Source: Octopus sinensis
Lineage: Eukaryota
Assembly: GCF_006345805.1 (NCBI RefSeq)
Contig: NW_021831913.1
Coordinates: 1-33,870 of the forward strand
Direction of reading: 5' to 3'
Length of the DNA stretch: 33,870 nucleotides
Shown: in pieces, positions 1-8,731 of the stretch
Layout of the letters: every line of letters begins with the position of its first letter
How positions within the stretch are numbered: position 1 is the stretch's first letter
Translations under genes and position numbers: made by a program
The notes under the pieces: model-generated
Seen by the model: the letters and a program-made list of their open reading frames with translations, nothing else
Told to the model about the DNA's origin: nothing
Database searches by the model: none

Positions 1-50
1 GAATAACGGTGTAAACGGTCTTAAATGGACAATGAAGAAGAATTGAAAGA

Positions 51-468
51 AGCGTAGAAGTGGCTGTGTGGTTAGTAGCTTGCTTACGAACCACATGGTT
101 CCGGGTTCAGTCCCACTGCGTGGCACCTTGGGCAAGTGTCTTCTACTGTAGCCTCGGGCCGACCAAAGCCTTGTGAGTGGATTTGGTAGACGGAAACTGA
201 AAGAAGCCCGTCGTATATGTATATATATATGCGTGTGTATATGTTTGTGTGTGTGTGCATTTGTCCCCCCACCCCAACATCGCTTGACAACTGATGCTGG
301 TGTGCTTACGACCCCGTAACTCAGCGTTTCGGCACAAAAGACCGAGAGAATAAGTAATATTCTTAGAAAGAATAAGTCCTGGAGGTCGATTTGCTCGACT
401 AAAGGCGGTGCTCCAGCATGGCCACAGTCAAATGACTGAAACAATTAAAAGAGAGTAAAGAGTAAAAG
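51..468 (+). mobile_element. tRNA-derived SINE, family A (full length)
   Basis: Box A-like TGGCTGTGTGGT and box B-like GGTTCAGTCCC head, internal TA/GT tract, (GAGTAAAA)n tail. Homologous to copies at 20241, 21737, 22807 and 28909. Confidence 0.9.
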
Positions 469-830
469 GAGAGAGAAAAGACGGAGAAAGAGTTGAAAAA
501 GCGCAAAATTGGTGATTGCGATAGGAGAGTCGGAATGATATCAAAAACCACAGAAGCAAACAGACTGAATTTGAGATAAATTCGATTAGACATATCTAAT
601 GAAATAATTATAATATTAATTTGTAAATCTGAGGCGAAAAATAAGGATGGCAGCAATGAAATAATGATTTAAGTAGCTCTAAGTAGATATTTATTTCTAA
701 GAAGGTACCCCACTAGAAGTTTGGTAGCTTCTGTGATATTTTGCCATTGACCGTCCATTCGGTAGCCTCCGCGTTTCGATACAACTGATAATCCACGCAG
801 ACAAACTAGCCCCGTTGCTCTAGTGGTTTG

Positions 831-892
831 TGTTGGCGGTGGTGGTGGTGTTGGTGGTGGTGATGGTGTTGGTGGTGGTGGTGGTGGTGGTG
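831..892. repeat. (GGT)n microsatellite
   Basis: Direct reading. Confidence 0.95.
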
Positions 893-958
893 GGTGAGGC
901 TAACTCCAGTTCTGTCTTGATCTGGTGAATCTAATGTGAAAGCCATTCCAGGCATCAA

Positions 959-1109
959 TTACGGGGTCGTAAGCACACCAGCATCGGTTGTCAAGCGATG
1001 TTGGTGGTGGTAGGGGGGGACAAATACAGACACGCAAACATATACACACGCATATATATTCACATATACGACGGGCTTCTTTCAGTTTCAGTCTACCAAA
1101 TTCACTCAC
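959..1109 (-). mobile_element. SINE family A, internal fragment (inverted relative to 51-468)
   Basis: Reverse complement aligns to 173-319. Confidence 0.88.
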
Positions 1110-1199
1110 GTCGTTGTTTTTCATTTTTAAGTCGGCAAAGACCTTGAGGAATATTTGGCTGCAATTCTGAAGAGGCCGAGAGTCTGCATAGAGGAAAGC

Positions 1200-1264
1200 T
1201 TCTCTTTCTCTCCATCTCTCGCTCTCTCGCTTTCTTGCTCTTTATCTGTGTGTCTATCTGTTTG

Positions 1265-1297
<33 letters not shown>

Positions 1298-1300
1298 GTC
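1200..1300. repeat. CT-rich simple repeat
   Basis: Direct reading. Confidence 0.9.
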
Positions 1301-1502
1301 ATTGGCTAATTACATGCGTATGCCTTTCCTGTACTTTTTAAAAGCCAACGTTTGATCCGGGGCTATGGTAAGTTTGTCAGTCGCTTGACAACGAAGTAGA
1401 GAATGACTGGTACAAGACGACGGCATCGATCTTCGTCGTAGGTTAAAGCGTTCGAATTCTCTTTTATTGGCGAGTACCAGTTCAGAGACAGGAACAGGCT
1501 GG

Positions 1503-1505
1503 AAG

Positions 1506-1548
<43 letters not shown>

Positions 1549-1610
1549 AAAAAGAAAGAAAGAGAAGGAGAGAAAGAAAGAAAGAATGAAAGAAAGAAAG
1601 AAAGAAGGAG

Positions 1611-1669
<59 letters not shown>

Positions 1670-1688
1670 AGGAGAGAAGGAAAGAAAA
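1503..1688. repeat. (GAAA)n microsatellite
   Basis: Direct reading. Confidence 0.97.
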
Positions 1689-2127
1689 CCGACTAAATCT
1701 AGCGTTTAGGGCCAGGCCTCTCATTGGAGTGGTTTTGTTTTGTTAAGTAGCACGACGTATTCCTTACAAACAGCTTAGAGTTTTTAGCCTTTGACAAATG
1801 ACAAATTGTTTATTTACAAAAGCCTAAGGGGAGTTAACTTGAGTAGTTGAAACAGTATATGGCTGTGATTGAGTTTCTTAGTCTGTATAAAAGTGTGTGT
1901 GTGTGTGCGTGTGTAGTTTAAGAATGTGATTACGAGTATGCATATATGTGTGAGTTCGATATTGTGATACGTTGGTAAACGTGTAATGGAGTCTGTTTTG
2001 CTTCCTTCAACAGTATTTTTATTTTTTCATGAAAATGCGCCATACGGAATTACAATGCAGAGAAACATCGTCATACACTTTTTCCACCACCCACACCCAC
2101 ACATACACAAGTGTATTTGCTTGTAGT

Positions 2128-2163
<36 letters not shown>

Positions 2164-2367
2164 TATACATATATATATATATATATGTGTATACATATAC
2201 ATATATATATGTAGTCACATTATAACGAAAACCGGTTGAATTAATATATATATAATTTATAAATTTTTCAAAATTTTCCATACACCCATTTTCATTAAAA
2301 TTTTCTTTCAATTTAGCATTCTGCCTTTTTATGATTTTTCCTATATATATATATATATATATATATA

Positions 2368-2596
2368 CCGGAGTAAACACATAAATGTGAAACAAGGTGG
2401 AAAAAAGAGTACTCAAATACCAGTGGTAGAGTAATATGCTTTATTTAAAGCAGCAGAAAATTCAACAAAACCTGTTACTCTGAGTTTCCCGTTGCCGTTC
2501 ATCGGACAGTTTTTGAAAACTAAAACTGCCCAACGAACGGAAACGGGAAACTCAGAGTAACAGGTTTTGTTGAATTTTCTGCTGCTTTAAATAAAG

Positions 2597-2601
<5 letters not shown>
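2368..2601 (-). mobile_element. Short palindromic element between (TA)n arrays; probable Penelope-like pLTR remnant
   Basis: Inverted arms 2434-2513 and 2522-2601, a unique extension 2368-2433, (TA)n on both sides, and HHR-like motifs in both arms. PLE origin is inferred. Confidence 0.6.
2467..2513 (-). ncRNA. Minimal variant type-I hammerhead ribozyme motif (U4C core)
   Basis: Minus strand reads AAAACUGU-CCGAUGA-A-CG(GCAA)CG-G-GAAA-CUCAGAG-UA-ACAG(G)UUUU. Stems I and III are formable; stem II is minimal. Confidence 0.5.
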
Positions 2602-2634
<33 letters not shown>

Positions 2635-2638
2635 GCTT

Positions 2639-2714
<76 letters not shown>
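2601..2714. repeat. (TA)n microsatellite
   Basis: Direct reading. Confidence 0.97.
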
Positions 2715-2782
2715 GGGTGGGCTGTCATATATGCATAGAATTCTAAAACCGCGTGACACTTTCGTCAGCTGAGAACATACTG

Positions 2783-2950
2783 GCTTCAAATTTTGCCACA
2801 AGGCCAGAAATTCCAGGGCGGGGGGCGGTTGCATCGATCCCAGAGTTTAACTGGTACTTATTTTATTGGTCGACTACGGTGGAATTTGAACTGAAACACT
2901 CGACATGCCGCTAAATATTTTGCTCGTAACGATTCGGTTAGCTCACTGCC
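2783..2950 (-). mobile_element. SINE family E, degenerate or internally deleted copy
   Basis: ACTGGTACTTATTTTATT, GGAATTTGAACT and CAAATTTTG motifs match the copies at 19366, 25036 and 28311. Confidence 0.7.
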
Positions 2951-3405
2951 CGAGCAGAGAAGAAAATACCGAATATGTATAAAATGAACAATATTTAAAA
3001 ATTTACAAATATCTCAATTTTCTATGGAAATAAAATTGCAAGAATATAGAATTTTTCGAAATCAGCATTAAAAATAAAACTTTAAAGTTAACTTGCGGAA
3101 ATGATCTTGTATAGAAAAATTCGGTTAAATATTTTCAAATCAGACCTATGTCTCTGCATGATTGCGTGTGTTTGTGTGTGCGTGTGTTTGTGTGTGCACG
3201 GGTATATGAAATGCTAGTTGGTTTTTGCAATTATTGATGTCAATGTTCTTGTCGTTGTTGCGGTATTCTATCAATAAATATTTCAGTCGGTTGAAATGAA
3301 TTGAGAGATGGATAATTAAAGAGCGAAGGAAGACGCGAGAATTCAAACTCAGTTATTCGAAAATACAGGATGGTGGGTATATACGCATGTACGCACGAAT
3401 ATGTC

Positions 3406-3455
<50 letters not shown>

Positions 3456-3513
3456 ATATATATATGCTTGTATGTGTGTTTGTGTGTGAGTGTATGTGAG
3501 TATGTGTGAAATT

Positions 3514-3532
3514 GATAGATAGACAGACAGAC

Positions 3533-3576
<44 letters not shown>

Positions 3577-3677
3577 TGATAGATAAATAGATAGATAGAT
3601 AGATAGATTGATTGATAGATAAATAGATAGATAGATAGATAGATTGATTGATAGATAGATAGAGAGATAGATAGTTT

Positions 3678-3727
<50 letters not shown>

Positions 3728-3752
3728 GAGATAGAGAGATAGATAGATAGAT
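3514..3752. repeat. (GATA)n microsatellite
   Basis: Direct reading. Confidence 0.97.
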
Positions 3753-3924
3753 ATGTTTCTTTATTAGCCACACTGGGCTGCACACAGACAGGACAAATTA
3801 CAAGGTAGAGCTTGACTTTGGGGGGTAAAAAAGGGGGTTTGGTTTTCGATCAAAATGGATCGCAAAAGGAAAGAAAGAGGAGAAAAAAGGGGGGAATAAA
3901 ATAAAAAAAGGGGGGTAAGGGAAA
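3753..3924 (-). mobile_element. Retroposon fragment whose terminus resembles the family E 3' end
   Basis: TGTTTCTTTATTAGCCACACTGGGCTGCACACAGACAGGACAAA aligns by eye with 29799-29850 and 28493-28540. Confidence 0.5.
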
Positions 3925-3948
3925 GATAGATAGAGAGATAGATAGTTT

Positions 3949-4009
<61 letters not shown>

Positions 4010-4049
4010 CTAGATAGATAGATAGGTAGATAGATAGAAAGATAGATGG

Positions 4050-4102
<53 letters not shown>

Positions 4103-4145
4103 CAGACAGATAAATAAATAGTGAGAGAGAGGAGAGAGAGAGAGA
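3925..4145. repeat. (GATA)n followed by (GA)n
   Basis: Direct reading. Confidence 0.95.
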
Positions 4146-4635
4146 TGAGCCAGAGCGGATGAATGAGGGCTATCCTTAATATACAAAATCTATTCAATCA
4201 CAATAAGTTAATGGCCTTTGAAAAGGAAAGCTTACAAAATATCCTGATCCAAATATTTTATGCCCAACAAACGTTGCACAATGGCGCTCCATCTTAAATG
4301 TAATTATTGTTTTCCTTCTTTGAAACAATTCATCCATGCAGTGATGTATGTGTATGAAACCATGTATAGATATCAATAATCATAACTGTTGGATGGAGAA
4401 GATCGATTCGCAGAAACTGGTGATTACAAAGGTATGTTGCTTGAGGTGTTTTCAGATCAGAAGAACACTTTGTCTATTTAATGTATGAAGAATGTGACCG
4501 CATGGTCACGGCTGAAATGCATTTGGTCACCAGGATACCGAATCAAGACCAATGCTCAACTAAATAAACATAACTAACGAGAGGTAAAAGACAATTTAGA
4601 ATGCTTTTGACCAGAGCTTTACTTAGTCTGAGCTT

Positions 4636-4944
4636 TGTTGTTTGTTTGTTCCTTCTCGAGCCATGCCTGGCTCATAAGGGCCGGTTTCCCGGTTTCTTGG
4701 CGTATAGGTTCCCCGCCTGGACGGGACGCCGGTCCGTCGCAGATGAGCTGCAAGATGCAGCAGGAAAGGGTGAGAGAAAGTTGTGGCGAAAGAGTCAGCA
4801 GAAATTTCGCCACTACCTTCTGCCAGAGCCGCGTGGAGCTTAGGTGTTTTCGCTCCTTAAAACACACATCGCCCGGTCTGAAATTCGAATCCACGATTCC
4901 TCGATCGCGAGTCCGCTGCTCTAACCACTAAGCCATGTGCCTCC
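4636..4944 (-). mobile_element. SINE family D, full length with target-site duplication
   Basis: tRNA-like head on the minus strand, (AAAC)n tail, direct repeat ACTTAGTCTGAGCTT at 4621-4635 and 4945-4959. Close match to 26417-26755. Confidence 0.92.
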
Positions 4945-5514
4945 ACTTAGTCTGAGCTTGCTTGATGCTATACAACAACAGCAACAGGGTTCCCAAAAGT
5001 AAATAAAATATGCAACAGATTTTGTAGTCGAAACAGGACACGGTATATAGAAGCTTTTCCTCCCAAAGTTAAGGTTCAGCATTTCTGTGGAACACAATTG
5101 GTTGTTGGTAGTATTTAGATGTAACTTCAAGTCAGCCGCGAACATTGGTGCCAATCATCAAACATTTTAGACGAAAACATCTAGGCTTTATTTTCAGCGC
5201 TTTATTTTATATGTAGCGCTTCGGAAATACATATATTAAAATACAGTGTGTCCTATTTTCCAAGTCAGTATTTTGCGCTTTTGGCTTTTATTTCTGCACG
5301 GTTTCCCGACCGTATACAGGTATACGTGCCAGTAAAGATGCCTGTTATCAATTCATCGTAGCAGCGTTAGTGATTCTGCTGTCGTTGTGTTATCGTTGCC
5401 GAGTTCCAGACCAACCTTTGTTGGGCGGATTCGGAAAGAATTCATCGACTTTAGAGATAGCAGAAGGGTTTAGGAATTTCAAGGAGGTTTCAGTGTTGTT
5501 TTTAGCAGATTGTA

Positions 5515-5827
5515 GTGAAGGCGCGTGGCTTAGGAGTTAAAGTATTCGGCTCACGATCGCACGGTTGTGAGTTCGATTACGAGTAATGTGTTGTGTCCTT
5601 GAGCAAGACACTTTATTCCACACCGTTGCAGTCCACTCAGCTGGCAAAAAGGAGATGTACCTGTAATTCAAACGGTCGGCCTTGACACATGCTGAATCGT
5701 GCTCAGAACTACGTGAAGGATATTCGTGTCTGAGGAGTGTTCGGCCACTTGCTCGATATTTTCACGAACAGGCTGTTCCATTGAGCGGATCGTCTGGAAA
5801 ACTCGTCGTCGCAACTGACGGAGGACC
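5515..5827 (+). mobile_element. SINE family C
   Basis: GAAGGCGCGTGGC head, GAGTTCGATT box B, CTTGAGCAAGACACTTT core, CTCGTCGTCGCAACTGACGGAG tail. Homologous to 14184 and 20762. Confidence 0.85.
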
Positions 5828-5911
5828 GTTTAGAGCTCCTCATATAAAATCCGTCTGTTGCCTGAAGCAGCGCAACTTTTGACTAAAATGAAAGGACATT
5901 CTACTAGAGTC

Positions 5912-5912
<1 letters not shown>

Positions 5913-5963
<51 letters not shown>

Positions 5964-6068
5964 TACACACACACACTCTCTCTCACACACACACGCACAT
6001 GCACACACACACACGCGCATGCACACACACACACGCGCATGCACACACACACACACACTCTCTCTCTC
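5913..6068. repeat. (CT)n/(CA)n compound microsatellite
   Basis: Direct reading. Confidence 0.95.
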
Positions 6069-6895
6069 TCATTTGTTTTTTCCGTTCTTTTGCCTTCTGA
6101 GCTTGGGGGAGGGACATAGCCCACATCCTTTGACGCACCGTCGGAGCGATGGAACCACTGGAAATAAACACATTATAGGGAATGACTTACTAAGGTTCGA
6201 TGTTTTGGGAGCGAAAAACTAGATATAGTCATCGATGTAGGGTTTGTGGGTTTGAGGAGTTAAGAGAAAATGTTTGCGCAAGATGGAAACATCTGAGGTG
6301 GAGATGACATGAACACAATTTCAATTCCAAAGTGGTTGATACATAAAGTAACAACTATTATCGGCACCAATAAAATTGGGTAATTTTGCTTTTGCGACGA
6401 CTGGATGCATTTGTATTGGTCTGTAATCGGTTGGCAGATGTATTGCTACAAAATTGGTTTCTCTTTGTATAATCATTGCTTCTCTATCGATTGTTATTCG
6501 ATCAATCATTATCTGCGTTGTTATCAATAGATTGCTAAAATGCTATTTGTATTAACAGACAATCATCTGAATTGTTATCCAATGGCTTGCTACATGTAAT
6601 TGTTCGATCAGTTATCATCCATATTACTCTACAACAAATTGCTGTTTCTATCTTGGTTCCATAACTCGCTGTTTCTATATATTCTATCAATTGCTTTTCG
6701 GATTGTCAAAGAATCGGTTCTTCTTATTTCGGAGTTCAATGCAGAACTTTGACTTTTATGAAAATATGTTATTGATACGAGACCCTGTAATATATTCAAA
6801 TCGATTCATGAAAAACATAAAAAAAAAGGAAAAGAAGAGAATAATTTAAACGAACAGAAATTTAGTGATTGGTCGAAAAAATTCTGAAATATAAA

Positions 6896-6945
<50 letters not shown>

Positions 6946-6946
<1 letters not shown>

Positions 6947-7743
6947 CAATTTAGGAGTGGCCTTAACAGGCCATTCGTCCACCAGAAAGAGCAGCCATAA
7001 CTCACACCGCCAAATAGTAGTAATTCAGAAATTAGGTGAAAATTTAAAAACATTTACCCTAATTCATCTTTTAGACGATGCATCGTTTCTGTGTTATTAA
7101 TGATTAAATTAGCTTAATTAAATTAAATTAAGCTAATCTACCATAGGTCACACTTCATCAGTAAAAAACCTGGGAGAGACAAACATACACGAGGCGTCTG
7201 TATCGATGCCTCCGGAATATCTGTCTTAAAATTTTCAAGACCGACGTATTCGCGCCAAACTTATCAGCAGTAAATATAAACTGCCGATTCAATCTCAGAA
7301 TTATTCAGAAAATTATCAATTAGTCAATTTAGGGTAGCAAAAAATTCAATAGAAATTTATCGCTATTATGCTATTAAGTTAGACATGGCCTGGACCAATC
7401 TTTAGTCGAAACATATCTAAGCTTATTAAAGTTTATCTAATTTTAATTATAAGAAATTTAAAACTACAATTAATACTATTAATACATGTATATACAAAAG
7501 CCTAACTTTAGACACCTCGTATATTTGCTATAAACATAATTCTATCGCTAAGTAGTATCTTACGAATAAACTTAACTTTAATATCTAATAATATAGAAAA
7601 TTACGATAATTAGATCATTACATAAACAACAATATTTACATAAGGAAAGTATTATTACACCAAGGACTAATAAAATATTAAAATGTACAATTTGAAGATC
7701 TTAAATACAAATAAATACTTATCTTAGCGAGGTTTTGTAATGA
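6946..7743 (-). mobile_element. AT-rich non-coding module carrying HHR1, bounded by TA-rich repeats (PLE or retrozyme-like)
   Basis: Starts right after (TA)n at 6945, ends at the degenerate TA tract 7744-7778, and contains an intact HHR and a 3' splice site. The mobile-element assignment is inferred. Confidence 0.5.
7069..7166 (-). ncRNA. Type-I hammerhead ribozyme motif (HHR1)
   Basis: Minus strand: UUUUA (stem I)-CUGAUGA-A-GUGU...ACAC-A-GAAA, stem III palindrome ACGAUGCAUCGU (7075-7086), GUC triplet, then UAAAA (stem I'). A 12-bp hairpin lies inside stem II. All invariant core nucleotides are present. Confidence 0.8.
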
Positions 7744-7770
7744 AATATATATAAAATATATATAAAATAA

Positions 7771-8187
7771 TATATATAAAAGTAGATAAATGGTACAACA
7801 AGGCACCAATATTTACTGGAAAATAGCAATCGTAATAATTACGACGCAATTGTATAGCTTCACTGCGTATATACTAGCAAAGACGCGTGTGTGCAACAAA
7901 CATGAAAAAAATTTATCTTACCTCTAGGAAGAACATCTGATAAATGGAGAACCTAGAATCGGATAATGCAGGACCGGTTTCTGACTCTTCAAATACGTTT
8001 GACTACGTAAATTTGATTAGTCTTCATCAGCTGCACTTACCTAGACGCTATACAATAGTGTCGTATTTATTACGATTGCTATTTTCCAGTAAATATCGGT
8101 GTCTTGTTGTACCATTTATCTACTTTTATATGTATAATTTCACCCTTATGGGCTATCTTTTACTGGAAAGTAATACGTTCGTATTGC

Positions 8188-8188
<1 letters not shown>
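7771..8188 (-). mobile_element. Inverted-repeat module carrying HHR2 (PLE pLTR-like)
   Basis: Arms of about 88 bp at 7771-7858 and 8047-8134, with HHR2 and two 5' splice-site motifs in or next to the spacer. TA tracts flank both sides. Confidence 0.55.
7965..8037 (-). ncRNA. Type-I hammerhead ribozyme motif (HHR2)
   Basis: Minus strand: AGUGCAG-CUGAUGA-A-GACU...AGUC-A-GAAA, stem III palindrome ACCGGU, GUC triplet, then CUGCAUU (7-bp stem I with one G.U). Inner hairpin UCAAA/UUUGA plus UACGU/ACGUA. Confidence 0.8.
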
Positions 8189-8236
<48 letters not shown>

Positions 8237-8435
8237 ATTCGAGACAAAACCACTATTTTAAAACCAAACAAGGAAAGACTTAATCAATACATAAAATTTT
8301 AATATAAATTAAATAAACCGCCACTACAATTGTTTCATGTCTGCTGCCGACATGACATATAATATTTTACTATAAAATTGGATTTAACCCTAAATCTGAT
8401 TTTTCCCTGTAATTTTGGATTCATTCCCTAATATT

Positions 8436-8438
<3 letters not shown>
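8237..8438 (-). mobile_element. Short TA-flanked module with the 3' half of an HHR
   Basis: Lies between (TA)n 8190-8236 and 8439-8488. Minus strand AUGUC/GACAU stem II-GAAA-ACAAUUGU palindrome-GUA; the CUGAUGA half is absent. Confidence 0.4.
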
Positions 8439-8488
<50 letters not shown>

Positions 8489-8490
<2 letters not shown>

Positions 8491-8727
8491 TACTCTATCT
8501 GATCAGAGATAGATAATATTTAAGAAACACAATACATGATTTCTTTATATGCCTTAAGAGTTTCATATGTTGAAAACTACCTCAACATAATCATCAGGCG
8601 AACCACATGTGATATCAATCACAATTTTTAGTTCATTATGGTATGTGGATTGTGACTGATGAACTGAGATATTTCCCAACATATGAAATTATTAGTAGCA
8701 CAGAAAAACATGTATTGTGTCTATTAG
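8489..8727. mobile_element. TA-flanked degenerate inverted-repeat module with an HHR-like core in each arm
   Basis: Arms 8521-8597 and 8656-8726 are diverged reverse complements. CTGATGA...GAAA occurs on minus (8597-8561) and on plus (8656-8688). Confidence 0.5.
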
Positions 8728-8731
8728 ATAT

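Noticed and set aside
765-800. GAAACGCG on the minus strand (PLE-like stem III)
   Set aside because: No CTGANGA core upstream.
2730-2772. CTGACGA on the minus strand near a TA array
   Set aside because: No GAAA or UH site at usable spacing.
4371-4430. Exon candidate ending AAG|GTATGT
   Set aside because: Weak acceptor and no recognisable peptide.
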